Below are positions 13,796-27,860 of a stretch of 64,000 nucleotides of DNA, piece by piece; the first letter of the stretch is position 1; each line of letters begins with the position of its first letter. A model generated the notes under the pieces. That model ran no database searches. It was not told where the DNA came from and worked only from the letters and a program-made list of their open reading frames with translations. The translations under genes were made by a program, and so were the position numbers. The stretch is from Lytechinus pictus. Taxonomy: Eukaryota. The stretch spans positions 26,538,001 through 26,602,000 of the forward strand of contig NC_087250.1 in the NCBI RefSeq assembly GCF_037042905.1, in the 5' to 3' direction.

Positions 13796-14059
13796 CTGGG
13801 CCCCGTCTTACAAAGAGTTGTGATTGATTCTGATCAACCACAACTATGGACGGCCAGCAATGTCAAACTCAAATGCAAATTTATTCAAAATATTTTCTAC
13901 GTATGATGTATATTCATGCATTCATCATTCTCATGAAGATTTAGTGTGATTTTTTTGTTTATTAAGGAGATTGTGCAAAATTGTTTGCGTGTGCGGATGG
14001 ATTTCCATACGATTGAGATTGATTGGGTCAATACTAACTCTTTGTAAGACGGGGTCCAG
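13796..14059. mobile_element. MITE, Harbinger-like (CWG flanks)
   Basis: TIRs ggccccgtcttacaaagagtt / aactctttgtaagacggggtc, flanked by ctg/cag. Confidence 0.65.
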
Positions 14060-14488
14060 ATTTACTGCAAGATTAAGCAAATGACGTAGATATACATTTA
14101 AACATGAACGTGGACAATGCGTATATTTCCCCTCCCGCCCTCGAAGTTGGCAGTTTGCCAGCATTCTGATCAAATTATGAAGTATTAACACAGCCGGCCA
14201 GACTTCCTATAAAACTGTACATTGCAACATTGTTATCTACACACTTGGGGGAAAAGAGGATGAACATTTTATTTTACATGTTTGCATTATTTCGGGTTTC
14301 AGCTTAGTAACTATTCCTATTCCATGTGTTTTCTTTAAATAAATAGTTTTCTGTTTTATTTTTTCGAAAGAGACTAGAAAGAGAGCATATGGGACATGTG
14401 GGAGTGGCGTAAATGGGGTGGACGCTTTAGCATTAATATAACAAGTTTTTAAAAATCAACAAAAAGAGAGAAAAATACAAAAAGTAAG

Positions 14489-15780
14489 TTGAGCATAAAA
14501 AAAACTTAACTCACTTTATATAACGCTATGCCAATTCTAGATTACTGTTGTATTGTCTGGTGGATAAATTCAAAGAAGTTACCGAAAGATTGAATAAGTT
14601 ACAGAAAAGAGCCGCAAAAATTATTTTAAGCGCCGATTTCTTTTAACCCTTCGAAATCTATTTGCCCTCTTGGGCTGGAAACGATTTGAGAATATAGTTC
14701 GTTTTTAGCTCATCCGACCTGAAGGACCAGATGAGCTTATGCCGTGGCGCGGCGTCCGTCCACAATTTCAAAATGCTTCATCTTCGCCATTTCAAGTCCG
14801 ATTTCAATTATGTTGCTTTATATGATAGCACTAGGTGGGGGATTCAAAACTTCTACACATAATTTTGAAATTCATTAAATATGCTAATTTATGCGCATTT
14901 TTCTAAATTCTCAAAAAAAACTTATTCTTATTTGTAGACCGATTTTGAATTTTTTTTCTTCCATCTGGTAGAACTTCATGAGGTTCATCCAAACTTCTAC
15001 GTACAGAATTTTGAAATTTTCAGTGGAAAATTATTTATGCTAATTTATGCGAAATTTATTCATATCATAAATCACAGAAAATGCCTCTTGTTCTTTATTT
15101 GTTGACCGATTTTGATTTTTTTTTTTCTTCAATCTGGTAGAGCTGCATGAGGTTCACCACACTTGTACACAAAAATTTGAAATTTTGTCTAGAAAATTAT
15201 TTATGCCAATTTATGCAAAATTTATTCATAAATCACAAAAAAATGTTTTTTCTTCTTCATTTGTTGATCAATTTCAATTTTGTTTGCTTTATATGATAGC
15301 TCGAGGTGGTGATACAAAATTTGAACACAGAATTTTGAAACTCATTAAATATGCTAATTTATTCATATACTTTCAAACTCACAGAAAATACTTGTTTATT
15401 TATTTGTTGATTATTTATGTTCCATCTGAGAGCTACATGAGGTTCACGAAGGTACTACACAGAGTTAAGAAATGTTGATGAAAAAAATTATTTATGCTTA
15501 ATTTATATGAAATTTATTCATAGATCACACAAAAATGCTTCTATGTCATTTCTTCATCAATTTCAATTCTATATCCTCAATTTATGTCACCAATATAATT
15601 CACTACAGTGTCAACTGGGCTGAAATTAAAATTGTGTTAAATTTCGTTGCGACATGCCGGATGTGCTAGTTTAGATTTATTTCAGTGTTCAAATGAATGA
15701 AATTAATTGATCTAACACGTTTATCTAATTCATTCAATTTTATGAAAGATATTCATTCATACTACAAATTGTTTAGTAAC
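14489..15780 (+). mobile_element. Degenerate LINE ORF2 3' remnant (CR1/L2-group), interrupted by a Helentron-like element
   Basis: Translates in pieces to PILDYCCIVW, LNKLQKRAAKIIL, LGWK, DIHSY. Confidence 0.6.
14702..15670. mobile_element. Helentron-associated non-autonomous element (HINE-like) with an internal tandem array
   Basis: Starts tttttagctcatc..gatgagct (hairpin), then cgtccgtcc, ~120-nt internal repeats and a distal sub-terminal inverted ccggatgtgct; inserted in a T run. Confidence 0.55.
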
Positions 15781-15914
15781 CTTTTCCAGACTAAGTGGGC
15801 AAATAGATTTACGAAGGGGTAAAAAAATCGGCACTTGAAATAATTTTTGCGGTTCTTTTCCGTAACTTTCAATCTTTCAGTCATCTTTGAATTTACACCC
15901 CACTAACCCCATAC

Positions 15915-16301
15915 CAGGGTGCTACATTTAAACACTTGCCCGATTGCCCAGAGCAAGTAAAAGTTAGAGTCAGGCAAGTGTTTTGAAGTAAAGACCAAAA
16001 CTACTTGCCCGAATTGGGCAAAAAAAAAATTCACAGTAGAATAACCAAAATTAGGGTCGACATGATATATTGACCCTAATTTTGGTCATGGCAGGCAAGA
16101 TAAAATCACTCATTTAAAATAAATGCAATAACGAAGTAGATCTGCTCATGTCAAACAAGAGAAAAAGGGTCAATGGTTTATAAAACCGCAAAACTCTCTT
16201 TTGAAGAGTTTTAAAACTTTTTTTTCAATGATATTTTCGGGCAAATGAATAGGCTTTTGGGCAAGTATATTCCAACTATTAAAAAGTTACGTAGCACCCT
16301 G
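15915..16301. mobile_element. hAT-like MITE
   Basis: TIRs cagggtgctac / gtagcaccctg; perfect 8-bp TSD ccccatac at 15907-15914 and 16302-16309. Confidence 0.85.
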
Positions 16302-19300
16302 CCCCATACAAGGCAACAATAATCTAGAATTGGCATAACGTTATATAAAGTGAGTTAAGATTTTGTGTATGCTCAAATTAAGTCGCACTTCCCCAAATGT
16401 CTTATTGAATCATTCAAACACTCTTTTTATCATCAAGCTGTCTCACTGTAAAATAGTCTTTAACCTGAACCTCAAAACATGAACTCTCTCTCAGTTTTTT
16501 TAAAGAAATATTTAAAAGATAACCTTTTATAAGTCCAAATGCAGCTAAATTTTCAAATGTTAAATATCTCTGATGTCCATTTCGATATGTCCTATTAAAA
16601 AATGTATACTCCCCTATTTCTGTGCCCTAATTCATTACAGTACTATTTATCTCTGACTTCAAATATTATGTTGTAGTGTATGTATATTATATTTTCATGA
16701 AAACTGTACTGTCTATGATAAATAATTTTTTTTTTTTTTTTCAATATGCAGCCATTTGTATGATGATTGGGCATCCTGTTGAAGGACTGTTATCAACTTA
16801 AAAAAAAATAATTAATAGATTATTCATATAAATAATTTTGAATAATCGAAAAGATGTCATACAAAAGTCTTATTTTTCATACTATAACCCTTTTGGAATT
16901 TTATTTTGTAAACTTCTCGAGTGAATGAAGTGAGATTACAGTTTATCAGGAAAGTAAATACCTTTTTGACAGTCTCGAATATGAATCCCCCTTCTTTTGT
17001 TTTCTGTCTGTATCTCCATCTCTCTCTCTCTCCTCTTTATTTCTTTACGTTTGTCTATGTCTACCTTTCTCTTTCTCTCTCTTTCTTTCATCCGCTCATT
17101 TTTTTTTTCAATTGTGTTGCTGCTTGTTTATGTTTAACAAAATTATTTTTTTTTTAATGAAAGAGAAGTAGGTCTATTTGATCGTAGTGTTTAAAGGTTT
17201 TGTTTCTTTTTGCAATTGTGTTGCTTCTTGTTTTTGTTTAACAAAATTAATATTTTTTTCTAAAAATGAAAGAGAGAAGTAGGTCAATTATCATTTGTAT
17301 CTCTAATTAAACACATTTGATCCTAGTGTTTAAATGGGAAATCATTAGGCCTATATTTATCATAATAAATCATCAAGAAACGTATTTTTACCACATGCCA
17401 AAAAGTGACAAATTGAGTGCATACAGGTCAAACTACTACTTTTTAGTTTACTTTACCAAAAAATGCACCCAAATAGAATTATAGAAACAATGAGTATGAT
17501 AATGATAAAGACAAATATTAATCGTTGACTGTTTCAACACAGCTCAGCCTGCATCCTAAAATTGATTATTTAATAGCATGTATATATAGTAAAAAAAATA
17601 TTCCTTGATAATTTTCGGCCACATAAATGTTTTTATCAATTGAAATATCCGATGGATATAGGTATAATATAAAGTTTTACCCGCTTTTTGCCGCGCGTCA
17701 GCATATCACATGATCTTATCGATTTGAGACTGATACCGGTATATGGTAATTATTATATACCGGCTTCTAGTTCTCGTTTCAAAACATTGCTTTTTCTTTA
17801 TTATTAGAACCGAATTATTTACAAAATATATTTCTAATTCTCTTGACTCACCTCTTGTTATCCCGTAAATATCAGATCAGAAATGAAAAAGGTGTGGTTG
17901 TGTCCAAAAAAACGGATGAAACTGATGAAATACCGTCAATGAAATGCTAGCTCGAACTATTACACTTGTGTTTGTAAACAGAGAGAGCAACGTGGTTGCG
18001 AAGATGCCGGGTCGTAGTAAACTGCAAGTTGCCAAATATGGGATGCTGACGAAGGCCGAATGAAGCCGGTGAGTTGTGACTGGTTCAAACCGGTTCCATT
18101 GACGAAGGCGGGAGTGGAAACTTAGTCTACATCAGAAGACACTTATCTTGTAACTATTGCAACAGCATTCATGTTTATGGATATTGATTCATGAAACTGA
18201 CATGAAACCAATATCTAATCATTTGCTTATTATTGCATTCATTATTATAAATATTAAAGTGATAACATGCCATATTGTACCAAAAGCTCAATGATAAGGA
18301 TCATAATGCTACCGAAAGAACAAATAGGGTATAGGTAATAAAGACTAGCATGCATAGTAAATCGCAAAAGTTCACAGACGGCGATCCAGTAAAATGGGAT
18401 TGGCATTCGTAGCGGCAGCTTTATGATCTCGATGGTATGTCTGTGCTCCAGATATGGAATTTATATTACAGGTATGATTGATCATTTAAATCATATTGGT
18501 AGACGATGGTGGATTGAGGCTTATGTATTACATAAATTACTTTTTTTAAAAAGCTAAAAATAAGTTGAAGCTCGCACTATATTGTCAACGCTGTAAATGG
18601 ATTTTTCACAGGGGGGGGGGGGGGGCAAAACCGTCCGCCAAAAAAATTGACAAGCAAAAAAAAAAAAAAAAAAAAAGGTCTTCAATCACAAATGAAGGAT
18701 TTCGTACCAGAAAAAAAAATTGACAAGCCAAAAAAAAAAAAAAAAAAAAAAAAAAAAGGTCTTCAAGCTCGTCAGGGGGGGGGGGGGGGGGCAGGGATAC
18801 GTCTTTTGCATGGGTTGTGGCTCGTCAGGGGGGGCAGACTGCACCCTCTGCCCCCCCCCCCCCCCCCCGTAGGTACGCTAGTGGCTGTAATATACATTTC
18901 GTTGACAGTATGCGAGCATAGTATAATGCGTCGGGTTTATTGATTTCTATATACAAACTCCACCCCCTCCCTTCGCGTGCAGACAATTACGTAATAGCTT
19001 GTTGAGTGTTTTGACTGACATCTTGAATGGGTCCTTGATGAATTTCTGAAAAGGCAACGAGACTAAAAGGATCGATGTATTATGGTTTAAAAATAGACAT
19101 TCGCAGTGAGGCCAAGTGACCAAGTGAACGGTTAGGGGCTTACTTTTCGAATCACTCGCATGTGTCGGTGGCTATCTATCATTTATTGTTACAAATTGGC
19201 GCATAATACTGTTTGGGTAAAAAAAAATAGTTATTCCGCATAGCCTTGGAAATTAAGTTTCCGGTAATATATTCAAACAGTAGAGAGACATTTTTTAGAC

Positions 19301-19531
19301 GTCGATCTGCTTTACCAAAAAACATAAATGAAATAATGTTTTCGTTAGTCTTACAAAGGCTTAAGACCATGGCGCGTGCGGTATTTACAATAATCAGTTT
19401 TCTGTAATAATTGTTCAGACTAAAAACAAAGTTCGAAAGGCGGATTGTTGGAAATGTATGCTATCACCCCCCCCCCCCCGACCTTGTCGATAAGATATGG
19501 ATCCAATCATCTACCCTTCGATATTTGTTAA

Positions 19532-20115
19532 AGGGATGGTCCAGGCTGGAGATATTTATATCTCAATAAATAGAGTAAAATTCACTCAGCAAATTGCTGA
19601 AAATTTGATCAAAATCGGATCTCAAATAACGAAGTTATTGAATTTTAAAGATTTGCATTATTCCGGTGAAACAGTTCTAGGCATGTCTTTATGAATGTTC
19701 ATTAGGTGGGCTGATGATGTCATATCCCAACTTGTTCTTTTGTATTTCATTATATGAAATTAGGTTTATTTAAAAAACTAACACAATTTGATTGACAACT
19801 GATTAGTGCATTAGTTATTTATTGCCGCAACTTATTTCATCATAATGGAGACACATCAATTACACATGTATGAAAAAATGAAACATTTATGATTTCATGT
19901 AATTACATAACAAAAAGAAAAGTGGAGATGTGACATCATCAGCCCACCGAATGAATATCTACGACGAAGTGCATATAACTGTTTTCACAAAATACTGATA
20001 CAATTTAAAATTCAATAACTTTGTTATCCGATTTTGAAGAATTTTTTTAGCATTTTGCTCTGTGAATTTTACTCTATTTATTTAGATCCGAATATTTTCA
20101 GCCCGGACCATCCCT
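19532..20115. mobile_element. Kolobok-like MITE; related partial copies at ~20570-21290, ~22555-23100 and ~33150-33300
   Basis: TIRs agggatggtccaggctg / cagcccggaccatccct; TTAA on both sides. Confidence 0.75.
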
Positions 20116-21487
20116 TTAACATCCTTCCTGGAAAAATCACAGTGTCCCACAGTGTGTTCACATTGTGTTACACTGTGTGAAATCACATTCACACGGCTGA
20201 ATTTAAGCGTTAACAATGTATCACATTTTCACAAATTTCGACCGTGTGAACGGTGACACTGTCGAGGTGTGCACTTTGCATAAATAAATTCACACTTTAA
20301 ACAAATTGAGCATTTTAACAGTGTGAATCACCCTTCACATAGTCGACCATGTGAACACATTATGTGACCCTTCATTTTGGGATTTTTCTGCAGGGTTATC
20401 GGTTATTGTGCTGTGCTGCACTCAACCCAGGTGAGGTAAATGGGTAATGCGTCAAAAAGCTGTGCGCATGAGAATCGGTAGACTAGCTTAGCCGGGATAA
20501 TATAGGAGCGCTTTGAGCACCTAGCAAGGTGGATAAGTGCGCTTTACAAATCCTTTATCATTTATTCATTCAAAGCCGGGGTATTCCGGCCTGAAGATAA
20601 TAGGATTTGAACAGATAGAGGAAAATCAAACAAACGAAACATTGAAAACTTGATCAAAATCAGACAACGAATAACAGTAATGACATTTTAAAATTTTCCA
20701 TTATTCCGGTGAAACAGTTCTAGCCATGTCTTCATGAATATTCAATGAGCAAAATGAAGATGTTTTATCCCCCATTGTTATTTGTATTTTATTATATGAA
20801 ATTAGGTGTTAAGTGATATAAGTGATATAAGTTTATCCAAACCATGCAATCAAGTGATATAATACAAATATTTAGTACAAAGGTTGGCAAAGAGAATATA
20901 ACATGAAAGGTTTGGGACCCCATAGAAGCAGAGCTTGTCTTGTTTCCCCCAAGAACTAAAATGTTGGATTGACAACTGATTTAGATATGCATTACTGCAA
21001 CTTATTTTATTATATGGGAGACATTATTTCCACATGTATGAATTAATAGAATAATTACGATTTCATTTAATGTCATAAGAAAAATGAAAGTGGAGCTGTG
21101 ACATTATCAGTTCACAAAATGATACGTGCATAATTATAACGTATACGCAATTTAGATCAAAATGAAATGTAAAGTGACTTTGCAAGATTTATTCTGTATA
21201 GGGTCTTTGCTAATATTATTTTGTTTATTTTTACATTTTTATTACTTTGTTTTAAATCAACCTTTGCAAAGATGACATTCCCCTTCAAGTCTAGACCATG
21301 CATGCCACATCCATCTATTGATGGGCATTAATGAAATAATTTCCGGTATAGTGTAATAAAAAGTTCGATTACTTTTTATTATATCATTACTTTCTTTGCA
21401 TACTAGTGATTTAGTTGTCATTGAAAGAATATGAATAAATGAATAATAAACCAGACTGCAAATGTATAGTTACTGTAACGACACACG

Positions 21488-21607
21488 CAGGGGCGTCGAT
21501 CAATTTTTCAGATTGGGGGGGGGGGGCGAAATCATTAACGTTCCAAAGGCGCTCGATCGTACATAACACCCACCCACACACACACACATACACATATATA
21601 TATATAT

Positions 21608-21676
<69 letters not shown>

Positions 21677-22293
21677 CTATATATATGTATGACTCATGAG
21701 ACACAGACACGTATTTCACTACACAGATAGTACGAGTGCCGAGAGTGAGCTCAAATTTCTTTATATTCTGAGCTGAAAACTTGATATTCTAAGCATTTTT
21801 GGTACCAAGGATTAAGATTTGTATCTAAAAGAGAATAGATGCGAGCGCGAAGCGCGAGCTGAAAATTTTGATATTTCGATCTGAAAAAATGACAGTTTAC
21901 TGGACGTTTTTGATAAAGAACAAGCTATATATCCAAGAAAAGATGATTGCAAATTGAAGCAGTTCTTTTGAGGCTTAGAACTGAAAATGGGACATTTACA
22001 TTCACCAATTTAATCATGAAAAGTATGGGTTTTTGCTACAGAAATGATGCGAGCGCGAAGCGCGAGCTGAAAATTTTTATATTCCAATCTGAAAAGCGGA
22101 CATTTTGAGCACGATTTTAAATAAAGAACGAGTTGTGTATCTCAATCTCGCTTGCTGAACATTACAATCTTGTTTTTTTTTAATGCATATCCGGAAGTAT
22201 TGGGGGGGCAAAATGATATGTTTGCCCCCCCAATATTTTCATTGGTGGGGCGATCGCCCCCCCCCCCTGCCCCCCCCAGGATCGACGCCTCTG
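21488..22293. mobile_element. hAT-like MITE with G/C tracts and gcgagcgcgaagcgcgagc motifs
   Basis: TIRs caggggcgtcgatc / gatcgacgcctctg; perfect 8-bp TSD gacacacg; internal (CA)n/(TA)n. Confidence 0.85.
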
Positions 22294-23099
22294 GACACAC
22301 GGACTTTTCCATGTATATTCCGCGCCAAAAATAGATTAATGCTATACGTTAATTGAAAATAAGGGCGCAAAAGACAGGTATTTGCATCTATAATACAACC
22401 TCACTGTGTCTATGTTTGCAGGTGGTATATTACATGATATCATGTTGCAGTTTAAACAGCCCTTGACTAAGTATATTATTAAATATTAGTGGAGAACGTT
22501 TCCGAATACCGGGTTAATGATTAGTGTATATTGAATACCCGCATATTGATTTATAAAGGGCTACTCGAGGCTGAAAATAATATGATTTGAGCAGATAAAG
22601 AAACAAAAATCAGGCCAAAAATAAATTTAAAAAACCACTGGAAATTCATCAAAATCAAACAAGAGAAAATTACAATTTTGCATGATTTCGGTGTAGCAGT
22701 TCTATGCATGTATTCATAGATATGAAATGAGCAAGTTAGTGGCGTCATATTGCAATTTTTTTTTTTTTTTTTAATTCTACCATATTGAATCTTATTTTAT
22801 TCTCAAATTTCGTCCACCAAGAATAGAGTGGGGGATAAAATGACAACAGAGATTCTACTACCGATTATTTTGTTACAAGGGAGACGTATCATACACACGT
22901 TTATGACAAGATTTCATGTAATAAGAAAATGGAAAGTGGGGACACGCCATATCCTACCTAATTTATATTCATGGCCGCGTGCATGCGTATAGCTGTTTCC
23001 GCAAAATATTACTGAAATTTCAAGAACTAATTTCTTTATTATTTGTTATCAGATGTTTTAAAGAAATGTTCAGTGTTTTGCTGTGTTAATTTTACTGTA

Positions 23100-23146
<47 letters not shown>

Positions 23147-25639
23147 GTGAATGAAAAAGGAATAAATTGAACATGATCGGAAAAGGTGGTGCCGCTGTCT
23201 GATATCAAATGATTTGCAATTTATACCTCTTGAGATTCAACCATATTGTAAGCACTGGCGTACAGATGGGGGAGGGGCTTGGAGGGATCTTGCCCCCTCA
23301 AACAAATAATAATAAATCATAACCAAGAGAAAAAGAGAGAAGGGTAAAATGTTGTACCATCTTTTTAATATTATGTCAAAATCTATCACAAAATTTGATT
23401 TTTGTAATAAAAACATCGAATTTTTGTCTTGCAAGATTGATTTTGGTTTAGATTTTACGCGATGCGCCATATTCTTTCATGTTCATTTTATTTGCTTGGA
23501 ATTTAGATCTGTTGTATTCCCTTTCATCGTGGCGAGTGTGTTAATACGGATATAATTTCTTTATGGCGATCACATAAAATGCGATAATGGGGTATTTGAC
23601 CGTGATTGGACCATGGACCTAGAGTAGGTCAATGATTGGACTAACTTCTTTTGACATGTTTTGAAAATTGGAGCAGTTCTTTAGAGCAGTGCAGTGCCCC
23701 GCCTCCTCCGTATATCATGTATGTCTTGGCATGGGCAGACCAGGATTAAAGGCAGCAAAAGCGTGTTCTAAAACATGTCAAAATTAACATGTCGCGCTAT
23801 TCACCCCTTTATGATCACCATAGTCCTACTATTACATATATCTATTGCTATTCAGCCTCACTACTGTGATTAGTTACCTCTACAGACAGTACAAGGCTCC
23901 CGAATGGGTGAAACGTGCGGTTTCCAAAGTGAGGGCAAAATACTGGTCCATAGAATAAGGCCCATTATGTGTGTGTGTGTTTGGGGGGGGGGGTGTCTGT
24001 GATTGTAATCGTTTTCCAATCGTTAGTTTCTTTTTCTAGCTAAAGAATATATTTTAAAAGACGCATGCGTGCTTCAGATTTTGTAGGGGAAGGCGGGGTA
24101 AGTTGTGACACTTTTTGTTTTTTGTATGTTAGAATTGATATGATTAATAATCTTGCAGAAATAAGTACCTTGCCTTATAATCTAATTCTCCTGAAATATG
24201 TTTCACCTATATTTACCTTTCTACCCCCATACTGAAAGTCACTATCAGCCAAACAAACTATGTAGAAAATGTATGGGGGAAGAATCAGCATGTCATTTTT
24301 TTTTATTTAAAGTATTTTCACTTGCTAATTCGCTATATAACTACTAACATCCTCTAAGATAAACACAACAGTCATGTAAATTTGCTCCTTTCTGATTGCA
24401 TATATCGATGGCTTGTTAAGGTTTGTTTGTTTTTTATATACATTACCATAAGAAATGCCATGGCTCAACCTGCCCATGTTGGCTGGCTCAACTTACCCCA
24501 GTCCTAACTTAATATGATAATTTCATATCCACACATTTCTTATGCATCCATTATGTAAAAAACTATGACAAGAATGAAGATCCATACCTGGACTAACAAT
24601 GTTGTTCGCATGTCTTTATTGTATTTAAAGACGTGTGCGTGTATAAAGCACTTATCAATTTCACACCCTTTTTTACTTTTTTGGCTGAAATCTGTATTTT
24701 TCCCTCCAAAAAGTACTTTTTGTTTCAAAGTTGAAAACAATGTGGTGGGGGTAGGGGTTATGCAATGGGTCATCAATACATGGCACCACCACAATGTCTG
24801 ACTCATTCATTATTGGCCTGAGGGTGGTGGCTCAACTTGCCCCTATGCTCAACTTATAGTCCGGTCAATCTAGCTAGAATAGGGGGTAACCCACCACTTA
24901 TTGCAACACGAGATATTCCACTGAAATGCTTTCCAGGAAGGTCCCCTAAACAACATACTAAAAGTCCCAAGAAATCCAAGCATTGGAAATTTATGAAATT
25001 TGCATATTATGCAAATTAGCCATGACATTTAGAAAAAGAAGGGAAATAATCCAAAGATTACAAATTAAATGTCCAAAACAATTTAATTTGAATGGAAATT
25101 CATGATAAATACCAAAATTCAATGCCTTTAATCAAAAGTGCAAAAATGTCTACCTCATTTGCATATTATGCAAATAAGTATCCTTATATGGAAAAAATGT
25201 CAAGATATTGTGATTTTTCTCATATAGACTGCTAAAAAAAATTTCATTAATGTTGACATTAATATGCTACTATATCACTAAGCATGAGAATTCATCCCAA
25301 TGCCTGAAAATTAATTTGCATATTATGCAAATTAGCCATAAAATAAATAGAAAATGAGGAAATTTATCCAAAGATTACAAATTAAATGTCCACAGCAAGT
25401 AAATTTGTACAAAAGTTCATGATGAATAAATAAGTTCAATGTCTTTATTAAAAAAAACTAGCAAATCTGCCTCATTTGCATATTATGCAAATAAGTATCC
25501 TTATATGGCAAATGTCAAGAAAATTTGATTTTTATCACATTGACTGCAGTGAAAACGTTTCAGTTTTTCAAATTAATATACTGCTATCACTAAGCATTCA
25601 AATATATCCTTATTATGATTTATATTCAAGGAAAAATAC

Positions 25640-26800
25640 TGGAAATATGTTTTTCGCTTCCTAAGCCGCGTTGTTAGTCTGACAAGATGATGGGATTGGC
25701 AAGAACAAAAGCACAGTATTTGAATTGGTGTGTAGTCTGTAAGAGTTGACAACCCTTTCTTATATGGATGGGAACGACTTAGACTTTCTTGAAATTTCAG
25801 CGTATAAACATGATAAAGGGAGGCCAGGAAAAGCAAACTTATGGCAGGTAAGATCTGATGAGTAGTCTCATTAAGAAGTGTAGCAGAGATTCCGTCTGGC
25901 CTAGTAGCTTCATGCAGGTTGTTTTCTTTAACAATTTCTTCAGTAGTCTGGCTACACCTGCTTGACTAAACAATATGTTATCTTGCCATATCTGGGTCAG
26001 GGCTGGGTCCCAGGACTTGTAGATCAGCGTCATCATCATCATCATCAGTGGTGAATATTAAGACTAAAAATCTTTGCCTTCCTTTAATAATGCTATTCTA
26101 ATGTAGTCATAGCTATTGATATTAAGGGCTCCCAACATGTTAATTGTTACAGCCTGGATCATTGTCAATCCCGTCAACAAATTATGTATTATAGGCTTTT
26201 CTACAAAGTACAAACCCTCTAATTGTCCTCTTTAATGCATTGTAGCAATTCTGAGCTTTACCTTACTGATGCTTTTGGAGCTCTAAAATGTGCAAGCCTT
26301 CCTAGCCTTTCTCTAAAACTCTTGACATCTTCCAACACAACTTATGTCCATTTTCTCATTGAGGCAACTTGTGTCGGAAGAAGACATGGTTAACGGTGTG
26401 TTCTTTTTAAAGTCCTCTTGATTGGCATTCAGTCTCCTATGCTCGACTTGTCGGATTTCAGTACTGAGAGTTGTATGATTGTCCAAAGTACATCTGCATG
26501 ACACTATTAAAGTCAGCATTCCTCCAGATAATTACTAAAAGGTTTATTCCTCTGGATAACCTCACAGTATACCCATGAGTAACACATTGTGGCAAATAAA
26601 TCCTGGAAGTAGTACACACTGTCTAATCAATGTTAGATGGTATTTGATTGTGATGTTCAGGGTGTTCCATTATGTTGTGTCCTCTTGTTGGAAAGGCAAT
26701 AATCTGGCTTATAACCTCCATCTTGTTTGTTCATTGTCTCACTGAGGAATTTCTGTGTACCATAAATATCAGGAAATTAATATTATTATTTGCATACGAC
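25640..26800 (-). mobile_element. Decayed CR1-like LINE fragment
   Basis: Minus-strand pieces GVARLLKKL and ATRPDGISATLLNE resemble the CR1 GV.KLL..L...KA.GPD.I...LLKE segment. Confidence 0.5.
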
Positions 26801-27104
26801 TTACTTAGAAACTAGAGCTTTAATATTTGGAGATGGTTGCCATAGGAGATTTATCAAAGAGGAAAGAAAAGAAAATGGATGCTTCATCATGAAGCAGCAA
26901 CTGGATTCAGCAAGAACGTCTAACTGTCTAATCACGATTCCTGTATCTGAGAAAGATGCCTATAATGCACTTTAATTAAGCCTTCATCATGAATTTATGA
27001 ATGGCCTTCATGTCGCTCGTATAGGCAAATGTCCATTGCTACTCTTATTAAGCATGCCCAGAGATCTTGTGATCCAAGCAAGTACTCATATTCACCACCA
27101 AGAC

Positions 27105-27860
27105 AAGTGATGATGATGAAGATGATGATGGGTTCTTGTAAAGCGCCGGTATCCGCCTCAGCTGGGCGCTCATGGCGCTTGCTCAAAAATAGGAAATATC
27201 TCACAAATTTCAATGTCTTCAAACAGTGCTTAGGGTCATCATTCAGTTCAAGTACCGTCCTAGAAATGCTCCAATTGAGTTATTATTGGGATAATGTTGG
27301 AGTGGGGAACAGAAGGTCTTCAGGTAAGACTCAAAAGTTGATTGGGTCTCTGCTCTCCTGATAAATTGGGAAGGCTACAGTATTCCACAGCTTTGGTCCA
27401 GAGATGTAGAAGGCTCTGTCACCCTAGGTTGTGTGGCTGAGAGATTCCCTCAGCAATGCTTGATCTGCTGATCTGAGACTGTGTGTTGGTCTATGCTGAG
27501 ATAAGAGCTCTGATATGTAGGGTGGAGATTTATCATTAAGCGCTTTAAATACAAGGACCCCAAGTTTATAAGCTAAGTGGTGTGCTACAAGGACCAAATA
27601 ATCGAAGCTAATGGGCTTTTATTTATACGGGTGTGACATCTTGTGCTGATCACTTGGCAATCCAGGAACTTGCTAGCGTGGACTATACTCGCAAGAAACG
27701 CAAAGTCTCTACAACGTCAAGAAGAGAGCAAGACTTGGATGGAAATAATGAAGCATTCAAGCAGTGGGATCCATGTAGAATGGACTCATCATTGTACAAT
27801 ATGAGTGGGGTAACTGCTCGTGACAAAAGTCAATATCAACCAAGCAAAAAGTGTAGGGAA
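27105..27860 (-). mobile_element. L2-like LINE 3' end
   Basis: Minus strand YKLGVLVFKALNDKSPPYISELL..SLRS...GDRAFYISGPKLWN, followed by a 3' UTR and a (CAT)n-like tail. Confidence 0.75.

Noticed and set aside
17920..17950. CTGATGA...GAAA hammerhead-like spacing
   Set aside because: The intervening bases cannot form stem II and there are no flanking stems.
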